From positions 26,445,373-26,509,372 of the forward strand of contig MU055574.1 in the NCBI GenBank assembly GCA_013239625.1: 64,000 nucleotides of DNA, given 5' to 3'. Origin of the DNA: Lama guanicoe (Eukaryota). This document shows positions 23,242 through 34,579 of the stretch, in pieces. Within the stretch, counting starts at the first letter, position 1. Every line of letters starts with the position of its first letter. A program made the translations under genes and the position numbers. A model generated the notes under the pieces. It was not told where the DNA came from. It did no database searches and saw only the letters and a list, made by a program, of their open reading frames with translations.

Positions 23242-25849
23242 GGCTGAAGCAAGGCCACGTGACATTGTGATCAACTCTCGGACATGAGGTCCCAGGCGGG
23301 GTAAGTCACTGCAGCCGGGCTGGCCGGGCTCCGAGGGGCCGTCCGTCCCTCTGGCTGAGCCGGTGCTCGCCCAGCCGCGCACGTCCCAGACCCTCCTCCC
23401 CTCGGTCGCTTATGCAGTGCGTTTAGTGCTTGTGCAAGGAGCTCCTCTCAGACCTCCAGCCCCCTCGCTGAACACGGCCCCGCCCTGGGCTGCCGGGTGC
23501 AGCTGGATTTGAACCAAGGGCTCAGGGTGACGAGGCTCGTTGTTTTCCCCCTAAACCACAGGCGTTCTTCTCACAGTGCAGCTTTGTGGTTTCCTCCACC
23601 AGAAATGCACAGCCTAAGTGCTGCAAAGCCACCCTTTTACAATAGCCTTTAAATGGGGTGAGGGCTGCAGTGGGAGGAATTCAAGTGTGTCCTTTGAAAC
23701 AGGAAACTGAGGCCAGAGCCTTCTTGCCTGAAGGTCCAGCCAGCCAGCCCCGGTCGGCAGGGCTGTTCACTGCTTTCCAGAGTCCTCTGTCCGGGCCCTC
23801 TTTCTGCACCGAACACCCTGGAATCTCACCTGTTCCAGCTCTTGAGGGTTCGTCAGCAAATCCTACGTGCAAGGAAACGCGGTGGGAGCGCTGGCGCTGC
23901 CAGCCGCCTGGCTGCGCGGCGTCAGATCTCGCCGCCTCCTGGGTCCTGGAGGCCCCGGAGCTGCGGGAAGGCCGGGCCGGAGGGTTCAGGGGGTCTTTTT
24001 GTCCAGAGGTGGTTGCAGGTGGGAAGAAGTGCCCTGTTGGACTTGCCCCCAGATTCTGCGCGGCAGAATATTTGAATCATGGAGCAGGTTACCAAGGGGC
24101 ACTTGGCTCCGTGTTAAAATGACCTCCTGTGTACTAAGAACAAGGTGGAATTAATTTCGTGTGGCTTTTCTGTAAGTGGACGCTGATGGAATTCAGAGCT
24201 GATGAGGAAACACAGCACTGGCTGGTTCGGAGGGAGAAAGAGAGCCCGGGGGAGGAGGAAGACAGTTGCTAAATGTCCCTCCAGACCTCAGCGGCCCCTC
24301 AGGCCGTGAGCCAGGGCGGAGTCCCCAGGCCCCGGGTTACAGGGTCTTCGTTCACGTGAGAGGCTCTCTCGGTGGGGGTGGGGGGTGGTGTCATTACTAC
24401 TGGGGCTGTTCTCATTTGGCTCAGAATAGTAAAACCCGTGCAGTTGCATTCAGAAATATTGCTGAAATGTCGTCATTTCCAGTCAAAATAGTAAACATTT
24501 TGTTGACTCACTGCAGAAACACAGGATAAAAATAAACTCATGACTGAGAACCTGAAGCCCTTTCAGAAACCTGGATTTGTAAAGAGATGGTGCAAAGAGA
24601 GGGAAAAGAAAAGCAGGGTCCTGAAGGCTTTGTGCAGAGGCCCCTTGGCGGCCCCCGTGTCCCCCGGGGCTTCTCACCGGAGTAAAGTCCCGTCTTCTGA
24701 CCCTGGGAGCAGGTCGCACGTCACTGAATCATCCCAGCAGCAGCCGGGCCACGACTGACGGCCCCTTTGGTGAGCACCACCCACGTCACGTGGACAGCTG
24801 AACCAGGAGCATCGGGGTCGTTTTTATCTGCCAACCAAAGTGCATTTCCAAATGCATGTGGCTCACTTGTTTCAGACGAGCAGCTGGGAGCGGGGCTGTC
24901 TCTTCCGGGGAGGGAAGCAGACACCGTGGGACCGTCCTTGCAGAGCACGGCCTTCCAGAGGCCGGCACCGTGTCCTGCAGCACCGCCAGTATTTCCAGGA
25001 CAAGATAAACAGCCTCCAGATGTCATAAAGTGTCCATCTTTGTGTCAGCGCGGGTCTGTTTCAGTGCCATATTCCCAAGGGAAAAAAAGCAAGCCATGGA
25101 CTTCAAGTTACATTTCTTGAGATGCTTTTGCTGCGGAGTCCTGCCTGGCAACGGTTACGGGAATTCTGAGGGACTCCTGAGTGGGAGACCCCGGACTGGA
25201 CCGGCAGACGAGCTCCAAAGTAACGTGGAACAGAATCCGCTTCCTCTTTTGCGTGGGTGCAGTGATGACGGGGAAGAAGTGCGCCCGAAGCGGTTGCAGC
25301 CTGAGGGGGAGGGAGGAACAGCACCTGCCGCCTGCTGCACAGAACTTCAGGGCAGCTGTTACGACTGTGTCGCAAATCGCTCGGCTTCCGTTAGTGTGTT
25401 CGCTGTGCTTCCCTTACAAGTGGTTCCTCCGTTTTCCATAAGTCACAATTCAGCTGAAATGAGGGTTTTTATTTATTTTTAGTTGCATATCTTTTATTAT
25501 TTTTAAAGTTTTTAAAATCTAATTCACTGTACTGCCCCCCCCATAGTGATGAATGTTAAAAAGGTTATTAGGACATTTTTTCGGGTGAAGAAACTGCAAT
25601 ATTTTGTCCCCTAAAGGGTCTTATGTTCATGACAAGCCAGGTGACCACAGAGGGAGGAGGTAATCTTACGTTTCCTTGTGGTTTCGGATGACAGTGTCGC
25701 CTTGGGGTACTAGGTACCTTGTGTTTTTTATCTAGACAAAGCACTGTGAATTCCTCCCAATGGAACAAGCTCCTGTGTCAAAATTTATATTGTTTTTATT
25801 CATATATAGTGTTCACCTGCTAACTAAAGATTTCTTTTTGGGGGGGATT

Positions 25850-25905
25850 TTAAAAATTTAAAAATTTTTTAGCGTGTGTAGTTGATTTATATCCGTGTGA
25901 TAATT
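25850..25905 (-). mobile_element. Very short L1 3'-tail remnant just upstream of exon 5
   Basis: tttttttagcgtgtgtagttgatttatatccgtgtgataatt resembles the antisense L1 terminus (tttttattgaagtatagttgatttacaatgttgtgtt). Confidence 0.45.
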
Positions 25906-25956
25906 ACTGATGACACCTGAGAGCCAATAATTTCACCCCTTATCTTCCCCTTTCAG

Positions 25957-26004
25957 GTTCTATAAATGAGAAGTTACCCCAACGGGAAGGCACGGGGAAA
26001 ACAG
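25957..26004 (+). CDS. SMOC2: SMOC2 exon 5, linker (GSINEKLPQREGTGKT)
   Basis: Acceptor tcttcccctttcag|GT, donor ACAG|gtaact; 48 nt, phase 1 to 1; translated by hand. Confidence 0.95.
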
Positions 26005-28580
26005 GTAACTATCTTAAAATGAATTTCTTGCTATTTTATTACAGTGAGTCCAATCCAGGCCTAAAAATAACTTCTCAAGTTAAAATGTCAGCTTTTACTA
26101 GTGATGAGGTGGGAGCCCATGTGCTAATTACTCGCTGGTTCAGCGAACGTCTCCGCAGCCCTAAGGTGGCCGGGGAACTTGTGGGTGCCGGCTGCACCGT
26201 CTGGAAGAGCTGCTGGTGTGCGGGTCGCCTCCCAGGCTCGGCTTGTGTGGGGCCACCTGTGGGCGACGGTAGCACTGCCCACGTCCACACCCGCACGGGG
26301 GGCGCGGGGGATGACTTTGGCTCCGCACTGAACTCAAAGCACAAGATCCAGACATGTCACTGGCTCCTCATAAGAAAGAGGCCCGTTTCCACCTGGGACA
26401 GGCACTCCTTCTGGGACCAGCGCCAGCGCGAGCCAGACGGAGCAGGGACGGTCCCCTCTGCAATTGCCCTGGCCCCGGGCGCCTTGCTGGTGGCCGCTAG
26501 TTCGCCAGGTCCCAGGGGGCACCGCTGTCTTCGCCCATTCCTCAGCCACCACCCCTTAGTCCCAGCCGCACAGTTTCTTTTATCTCACAGCAACCTGTGA
26601 AGTCAGAATCTATTTGTAAGATGAAATGAAAAGACTGTACAAAACCTTAGGCACTTTTTTCTGGTGCAGGCTGTAGTATATAGACCAGTAATAAGGAAAA
26701 GTGACGTACAGTCGAATAGACCCGAGTTTTATCCAACCCCACTCTCTTGAGCGTGTATTGAAACCACGGTGGGCACCGTCCCTGCCCTGGAAAGATTGTA
26801 AAGTCTGTAACTTTAAGATAAATCCACAGGACCGGCACACATTGGCCCCCGAGTAAATGCCGGCCAGCGTGGACGGCCCTCGGGGAGGGTTCGTGGAGGA
26901 GGGGGTGTTGTAGAGAGGGGGGCATGAGAGTGGGGACAGGTGTAATGTGGAACAGAGAGCCTCCTGGCCGGGGACAAGGGCCCATCCTGCAGGTGAGGGG
27001 TCAGACCCAGGCTGGGAGACCATTTGCATTTGGAGGAAATGCATTCATTGCACAGAACGCTGGGATCTGAGTCTCTGAGATGCGGGCTGGGCGCACTGGC
27101 ACCCTCAGAGGAGAGGACGTGCGATGTTCATGATTAGAAACCGAGAGGGGGGTGGGGGGGCATCCTGGTCCTGTTCGTGCTGATACGTGTCAAATCCGCT
27201 GTAAATTTTTTTTTAAATCCCTGGGGAATTGGCACGTGGGCTCAGAAATGGATTTAAGGAAAGACCACGTTCCTCCTACTGAGCCCCTGGTCCACAGACA
27301 CGCACGGCAGAGGAAACGCCTGAACTAAAGTAACCAAGCCGCTTCTGGGCGGGACGAGCCCTGGAGGGGGGGGCGAGCTCGCCACGCCCCGTCGCTTTCT
27401 GGAGGCTGAGCTCTGCAGGTGTCGGCAGGCTTGTCACGCGGGGACCCGCACTCAAGGGGCCGGAGCACGGGCGGGGTGAGGGGTCCTGTGGGCGGAGGGC
27501 CAGAGGCAGGAACCAGGGATGGCAGGTAGGGGCATGGGGGCGGTCGCTCCTCACCCGCCCTCTAGGACGCCCGCTCGCCCCTCGCCAGGGTGAGCTCGGC
27601 TGAGAACTCAGGCTGGCGGGGCCCCAGCGGTCAGGCTGGTGGCCCCCAAGTGGTGACCCATTCAAGCCTCAGCAAAAATGTACAGCATCAATCATGTGCT
27701 TGGTGGCTGTCATTCCAGGGGGCTTTTAAATATGCAGACTTTTTCTCAGTCTGTTCTGCTTCAAATATGTTAAATATGTTCCCCATTTTCATTCTTGGAA
27801 GAAGGGTACACAATAATCCACAGAGAAGCGCTCTTAGCATCATCGTTAGCCTTGAGCACTGCAAAGAAACGATGCTACATTTTGTCAGTGTTTTGACAGA
27901 TGGGAAGCTTTTTTCGAGAGATGGTTAAATGTTGAGGATTTTTAAAAACTTTTTCTTCGGCTTTCCCCTGGAAGGAGCATACGGGAAACTTCATTTTTAT
28001 TCCTCCGCTGCCGGAGGCGGGGGCGGGAATGGGGCACAGCTGACGAGGTTAAACATAGCTGCCCCTTATTCCTGCCTGTTTAGCGTGTTCTGATTCTGAA
28101 ATTATTATGTAACAGAATCACATGGATGAGCAAGCCTGGGTGAAAAGGCTGGGGGGGTCCTGGGGGCTTTACAGCGGGCCTCGTAACTGCGTCCCCGTGG
28201 GGCCCGCTGCAGGGGGCAGACCCTCCGCGGGCTCCTTTACAGGGAGCCAAAGGGGGCTTTCAGCTAATTGAAGAAAGACGATGCGTGTGGAACACAGGGA
28301 CGTGGCGTAGGGTTGTAGCATCCACACCCCTCCTCTGTCCTCTGACGCCTTTGTCCTTGTCCCCGCCCTCTCACGTGTCCTCTCCTGCGGACGTGGTCAC
28401 AGGAGGCCGGGGGTCAGACACCCCCAGGGCGCCTTCCACTCGGGAGACCAGGGGCTCCTGCCCCCCACCTTCCCCCAGGACCACTTTACTGCTCCTCCCC
28501 CTACACCAGCCCTGTCGGCCCCAACGGGTTACACCACCACTGACACTCCCCCATGGGATTTGTTGGGAGCCCTGAGCAGC

Positions 28581-28680
28581 ATTTGATTTAATTTAATTTA
28601 ATTTAATTTATTTAAGTAGAGGCACTGGGGCTTGAACCCAGGGCCTAGTGCGCGTGCCCCACCCCGGGCTGTCCCCCCGA
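28581..28680 (-). mobile_element. tRNA-derived SINE (camelid Vic-1-like), degenerate, with (ATTTA)n tail
   Basis: atttaatttaatttaatttatttaagtagaggcactggggcttgaacccagggcc; B-box GGTTCAA on the minus strand. Confidence 0.7.
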
Positions 28681-28816
28681 CCCCCTCACTGGAGCGGCGT
28701 CTTGAGGCCGCCGCTCCCGGGCCGTGCAGTGGGGGGCGGCGGGCTGGTCTGCGGGCCGCTGCGGCCCTGCGCGTCCTCCGAGCGTGCACTTACTCGGCTT
28801 ACTCTCGTGATTGTAG

Positions 28817-28900
28817 TCTCCTTGCAAATCTTTTCCGTTCTGAATTCAGATGATGCCTCAGCCCCCGTGCTGGACACTCAGCCGCAGGGAGACGAGGAAG
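28817..28900 (+). CDS. SMOC2: SMOC2 exon 6, long form via upstream acceptor (adds VSLQIFSVLNS)
   Basis: Upstream acceptor ctctcgtgattgtag|TC lies 33 nt 5' of the other acceptor and is in frame with no stop; the peptide matches the 11-aa insert I recall in the longer human isoform. Confidence 0.8.
28850..28900 (+). CDS. SMOC2: SMOC2 exon 6, short form (DDASAPVLDTQPQGDEE)
   Basis: Acceptor ttttccgttctgaattcag|AT, donor GAAG|gtgagc; 51 nt, phase 1 to 1. Confidence 0.95.
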
Positions 28901-29204
28901 GTGAGCCTGGGGAGGGGCGGGCTGGGGTCACGGTCGGGGGTCGGTGGGGAGGTGGGTGGGGCCGGGGGTGGGCGGGGCATCTCGCCAGGACTGCGTGCAG
29001 GACGGGCTGCTTTCGGCCCTCCCCAGCTTTCTGGAGCCCCCGTCTCTCCTGACGGCGTGGAGAGTGTGGGCACGCTGCTTTTCTTTAAGTCGAAAGTAAG
29101 AAGAGGGGAAAAAAGGAACAGAAACCTCAGGGGAGAAAAGGGCCTTTCTTTAAGTGTAAGTCTCTGAGTTGAAATTTTATCAGTTGAATGAAATGAAATA
29201 GACG

Positions 29205-29475
29205 TTTCAAAAGGGTATGAGGGGAAGGGGGTGGGAAGGGATAAAGTGGGAGTTCAGGATTTGCAGATACTATACTAACTACTATATATAAAATAGGTAA
29301 ACAACAGGTTTCTCCTGTAGAGCACAGGGAACTGTACTCAGTATCTTGTAGTTACTTATGGTGAAAAAGAACATGAAAATGAATATGTGTGTGTTCATGG
29401 GTGACCGAAGCACTGTGCTGGGCACCAGATTTTGACACAACATTGTAAGCTGACTACACTTCAGTGAAAAAATAC
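29205..29475 (+). mobile_element. L1 3' end, sense orientation, 5'-truncated
   Basis: gggataaagtgggagttc..tgcagatac..actactatatataaaataggtaaacaaca..agcacagggaact..cacaacattgtaagctgactacacttca + A-rich tail. Confidence 0.85.
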
Positions 29476-29605
29476 GAAAAGGAAAAGGGCACAGCAACAT
29501 GCCATTTCCCTGCTCACCCTGCATCGCGTGGTCACCAGCACATGGCGCGTGAGGCCAGCTTCACGAGGGCACACGTGTAAGGATGTTTCTAAGTCCCGCG
29601 GACTC

Positions 29606-29766
29606 TGTGGTCGTGACAGGGTTGACCCTCAGCTTTGATACATCGTTGTGGGTGTTGGCCCCTGTCTCACACGTTCTCAGGTCCAAAGGGATCGGGGTCT
29701 GAAGACAGAATGTGAGGACCACACCTAATAAATCAAAGATAGAAAGGTAGGCTTACATTGTGGTTT
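29606..29766. promoter_or_regulatory. Candidate intronic enhancer, RUNX plus TCF/LEF motif cluster
   Basis: TGTGGTC 29606, GACCACA 29717, TGTGGTTT 29759, CTTTGAT 29633, ATCAAAG 29732. Motif evidence only. Confidence 0.35.
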
Positions 29767-30451
29767 GCAAATGACAGTGACAACAACTGCCTTGTGTGCG
29801 GCACCAACTGCCACGCACTCGGTTACGTGGGCTCACGGAGCCCTCGGAACACCACTCCACTGGCAGAACACGGAGGTTCACAATGTGGCAGACGGCAGAG
29901 GCGTGTCCTACCCAGCCAGTCTGCCTCCGCGTGGCCCTGGGGCACGTGGTGTACGACCCACACCGTGAATATTCAGCCGTATCTGTTAAACAATATTACC
30001 GAATAGATGTGTTCCTAGGACGTTTAAGGCAAAGTTACAGTTCACACGTTGCACTTCGTGCAGAGTCCTGCAGCCGAGCGCACAGCCTGCGCGTTCCAGG
30101 AGTGACACCTCACCGAGCAGGGATAGCTTCCCGGACTTTGGGCTTTTGGCCAAAACCTGTTTCTTCCCAGTGGAGCCTGTCTGGTTTATATTACTTTTAT
30201 TTACACTTTTAGATGAAGAAAGGAAGAAAAATACATGCTGAAGATTTTTGTACTGTGTACTGTCGTTTCCTTTTGTCTCACACACATAATCATTTTCCCG
30301 TTTCTTTTAAAATGTACTGTATGTATTTGTTTATTGTGTTGAGTTTTTTGGCTTTCAGAATGCCTGCTGAGTTCTTTACTTGAGAGGTGAAATCTTTACT
30401 TATGCTTTCGTGATGAATTACAATAATTTTTGTTTTATTTTGCTTTATTAG

Positions 30452-30526
30452 ATATCGCATCGCGTTACCCCACACTTTGGACTGAACAAGTTAAAAGTCG
30501 ACAGAACAAAACCAGTAAGAATTCAG
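30452..30526 (+). CDS. SMOC2: SMOC2 exon 7, linker (DIASRYPTLWTEQVKSRQNKTSKNS), with N-glycosylation sequon NKT
   Basis: Acceptor ttttgctttattag|AT, donor TCAG|gtaaaa; 75 nt, phase 1 to 1; inside ORF 30430..30645. Confidence 0.96.
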
Positions 30527-32828
30527 GTAAAAAGGGGCCTCGTGTGATGGAGTTCACAGACCTGGAGGGGCTTGTGGAAGTTACGGGCGAAGCACATCTT
30601 TTTCCCTGGTTACCAAGGAGCCATGCGAGTAATTCTGTGGCTTGACCACCAAAATATAGTTCAAATTGGGGTATTCTGTTAAACTCGCTAGGTAATTTGA
30701 GAGGTCCCTCTGCAGACGCCGAGCAGACTGCAGTGTTAGATACAGAGGGGGATGCTTGGCAGGAAGTCTTTGCTTTTGACGTGATTTCGGGGACGTCACA
30801 CCCCTTGCTAATTTAGTTCGAAATCCGTGAACCTGTGGGTTGCACTTGCGACACGCCAGTGTCGGCCGGAACTTCCGCCTTTTACACGGGCAGTCGTCAC
30901 CATGTAGACGGGAGATGGGTCGCTGCCGGTCGGGCGAGGGCTTTCACCCCGTTCATGGAAGCCGATGCTTTCTGCAGCTCGGGCTCACGCTCCCCGCTAC
31001 CTTCACGGCGCGTCCGCGGCCTTTTCGAGTGCAGCTTTCTGCCAGTTCTTACTGGCACGCGGTGGTCCTTCCAGGCTTAGGCGTTTGGCCAAGGGGCGCT
31101 CAGGCCCGGCGCAGACGTTTCTAGGACTGGCCTCGAGGGAAGACCTGCCCCCTCAGGTCTTTGCTGCCGGTGCTGGTGGGTTTTCTTTCCAAGTGCATTC
31201 TTAATACAAATCCCAACGGTTTGCCACCGTTCCGGTGTCGGCGAGTCGCCCGATTGCCTCGTCACTGTCCTCCCCCGTCACTGCCCTCACGACGTCTCCT
31301 GATGGAAGTGCCCTGCTCTGGGTACCTTACCGGCTCCCTGGAAGCCCCAGGACAGACTGTAGGGGGGCCACTCAGATGCCCCGTGAGGCGTGGCCCCCGC
31401 AGGTGCAGCGGGAGGGGGGCCCAAGCCCCTCCACACGGGGCTCCGCACGGGGCTCCGACCCCGCCATGTGCCTTGTTGCTGTCCCACCCAGGGTCCCACC
31501 TGCCCCTTCTCCTTGGTGCCGCCCCGAGCCATGCCTCTGCTTTCTGGCTGCCTCCCCCGGGGCTGAGACGAGAAACAGCAAAACCCGAGGGTCTGACTCA
31601 CGTGCTCACGCAGCAGGCACGTGACCCGCAGTGTGGGATCTGTAGCGTTTGCTTCCTCGAGGAGACCATTACGGGCACATTTTGCTACTGAGTGAAGATG
31701 TGAACCTGAGGGCCTCTCTCCTGATCTTTAGAAACGGGGTTAGTTTTGTTCCATCTTGTCACCGCATTTCCAAAACTCACTTGGTTTGCCTCTGCGCCGT
31801 AGTGCGTGGGGAATTGATTCAGACGCCGGCTGTTTCAGATTTTCAGGTGGACCTTGCGATCTTCCCATGGGGGAATCCATGTGGTGGGGCCTACATTTAA
31901 CTCGAGAAAGAAATACAAAATTATCTTAAAAATGTCACTGGATATGTGCTTTTTTTTTTAAAAAAAAAAGCAAATTTAATTGTCAGTAGGAAGCTATTCA
32001 GGATTTGATAGAGTTCGTTCCGTGTGATCTCATAGAACAAGTGTGTTCGTGTTTCACCCGTCTCTTACTGTTACCAGGTTTTTAGGCCTTAAGTGACCTG
32101 TCGGTTCTAATTAACTAATAGAAGCAGTGCGGGCTTTCAGTATTTAGTGGGACTGAAAACAGTGTTTCAGGAAATTCCAGTTTACACAAGGTACCCTCCA
32201 CTGTAATTTGATTCAGACCCGCCTAAACGAGGAGAACGCAGAAGGACGGTGCTGAGCTGGTTCGCAGACACGAGGCGCGGAACGCCCAGGTCTTGTCTCT
32301 GTGGTGTCCAGACGCTTGCTCTTTCTGAGCGTCCGAAGAAAGCTGGACCTGGTTGGTGTTTTAAGATGCTACACGCAGAATTTACTTCATTAAGTCTGGT
32401 GCTGTAACGGCAAACACTCAGGTTGTACGGAACGACCACCGCGGCCACTGAGATTTCAGCGTCAGGAGAGCTCCCTTTGTATTTATTTCACATGTTTAGA
32501 AGATACTCTTCTTTGGTAGGAGTAGGCACATTTATTTAACAAAAGGTAAATAATCTGTGGTTTGTTTGTTATTCTGTGCTTTTAAAAATTTACCTTGTTT
32601 TGGGTGCTCTTTCGTACTTCTTCACAGAAGAAACCAAACTGAGAATGTGTTGCTTTTTCCCCTGGTGTGTCTTCACGTCAGTTCACAGTGTTAACCCCAA
32701 GCCCCAGCGTTTGTACTAAAACAACGTGACATTACTTACGTCACCAGACACGGAGAACGTGGTTGCTGTGCGTGGCTCAGGATGCACGCGGATGTGCGCA
32801 AATAGCTCGAGAGCGTAAGTGATGGCGG

Positions 32829-32934
32829 TTTTTTTTTTAAAGTTTTTCGGGAGGCAGTTAGATTTACTTATTTGGGGTTGAACCCAGGACCTCAAGCTAA
32901 GCCTGCGCTCGACCATTTGAGCTGCACCCTCCCC
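32829..32934 (-). mobile_element. tRNA-derived SINE (Vic-1-like) with decayed target-site duplication
   Basis: T-run, gaggcagttagatttacttattt, ggggttgaacccaggacctc..gctaagcctgcgctcgaccatttgagctgcaccctcccc; flanks gtaagtgatggcggtt and gcaagtgacagtagtt resemble each other. Confidence 0.8.
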
Positions 32935-34225
32935 GCAAGTGACAGTAGTTCTAAGAAGTGACCCTCTTGCAAAGGAGAACAAAGTACTCTGAGTCTGAAA
33001 TCTACACGCGACAGGCACTCAGTAAATGCGCGTTTGCTTCCGTGCCCCGTGGCCACTTTGATGATGCCGTTGCTGTTTCATCTAAGACAAACGCAATGAA
33101 GCCAAAAACAAACAGACACGGATAAGTGAAACAGAGACCTAAGTGTCCTGAGGGTTTCCTGTTGGACTTCTGTTAACTGAAATCCAGCACAAATATAGAT
33201 AAAGCATGCTTCTGCTGGCTCGTTAACCAGAAAAAGCATCACTGTCATTACGTGGCTGGACACTCATTGAATGAGTAAAACCTGAGACTACATTGTACCT
33301 ACATATGCACCGCTCAGGCTTTTCTATCAGTATATAATTGAGTCAGTTTATTTCTCTATGGTCTTGAATGACAGTTCAACTATTATGTTCAATTTTTTCA
33401 TTCTATTCATAGAAGTTACAAAGATTAATTACAAAATTTTATCAGGGAAGAAGTTTTGTGGCAGTGTTTTTTAATTATATGAAGTTAATTTATACGTGTT
33501 TGTTAAGTGAATGCTCTTTCGCTGTGGCGCGTTAGTGTCCAGGTTTCTTCCTGATTTGCTTTGAACCAGAAGAGACTGTGGGTGTTCTGCCAGTTGGGAG
33601 GGCAGCGATAAAGACCAAAGGCTCTGGCGTTTCCCGCGCTTGGTCCCAGCTGCGTGCGTTCCTCCCAGGGGTGCACGGCTGCCCCGTCCTCCGTGACCCT
33701 CTTGTCAGGCCAGTGGGGCTGGCGCGGTCCTTTCCGCCAGTTCGTGGGGGAGGGAAGGGTTGCGGCCTGGCCCAGGTGACACGTGTGGGACCCCGAGGCG
33801 AGGACTGGAATCCGCCTGAGCCACCCGAGACAGGCTCGCGGCTGCTCTACGTCCAGCAGAGAGAGGGCGGCTCCTCCGCCCGCGGTGCTGCTCCAGCGCC
33901 ACTGGGACGCGGGGGTCCCGGTGTCACTGTGTGTGCCCAGCAGCACACATGGGGCCCCTGTTAAAAGGCACGTGCACTGCACCCAGAGTGGGCAGCAGTC
34001 AGACCTTTAGTTCAAGCCCTTTATCACACCGAGTGGACGGGGCCAGGAAAGCTGGGGTGGGGACAGAAGGGGCGTTTCCCACAGTGGCCTGCTGCCGAAC
34101 ACCGGGTTCGGACGCTCCTTACAACCACGTCGTCCAGCCTGATGGCCTCTCCCGCCTCCTGTCGCGTTTCGTCCACGAGAATTCCTGCCCCGTCCTCGGG
34201 CTGTTCCCAGAGCAGACCTGGTCCC

Positions 34226-34268
34226 GCCTTACCCGCATGCTCATCGCCCTGCCTTACCCGCATGCTCA
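34226..34268 (+). repeat. Local tandem duplication, period 25
   Basis: gccttacccgcatgctca occurs at 34226-34243 and 34251-34268. Confidence 0.85.
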
Positions 34269-34454
34269 CGTCCTCTCCCTGCTCCTGGATGGGCGCACCT
34301 TGCTTTTTAACTATCCTCAATTCTCGGTCACCCCCGGGCTCCTTAGACCCCAGCTCGCGGTGCACAGAGGCCCCCTCTAGGCTGACCCCCGACACCCTGC
34401 CTCTGCGCACACGCCCAGCCCTCCTCATCTGTCCTCTCCTGCCTGTTTTACACT

Positions 34455-34579
34455 TTGTTTCCTTCATTGATCTGGCCAGATTTTGCTATTTATTTATACA
34501 TTTAACGGAGGGTCTGGGGATTGAACCCCGGACCTTTCACGTGTTGAGCAGGGGCCCCACCACTGAGCTGTACCCCCCG
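34455..34579 (-). mobile_element. tRNA-derived SINE (Vic-1-like)
   Basis: tatttattt..ggagggtctggggattgaaccccggacc..accactgagctgtacccccc; flanks ctgttttacac and ctgttttgcac look like a TSD. Confidence 0.8.

Noticed and set aside
32829-32934. tRNA-like A/B-box sequences (also 28581-28680 and 34455-34579) as tRNA genes
   Set aside because: Degenerate, with AT-rich tails and TSD-like flanks; these are tRNA-derived SINEs.
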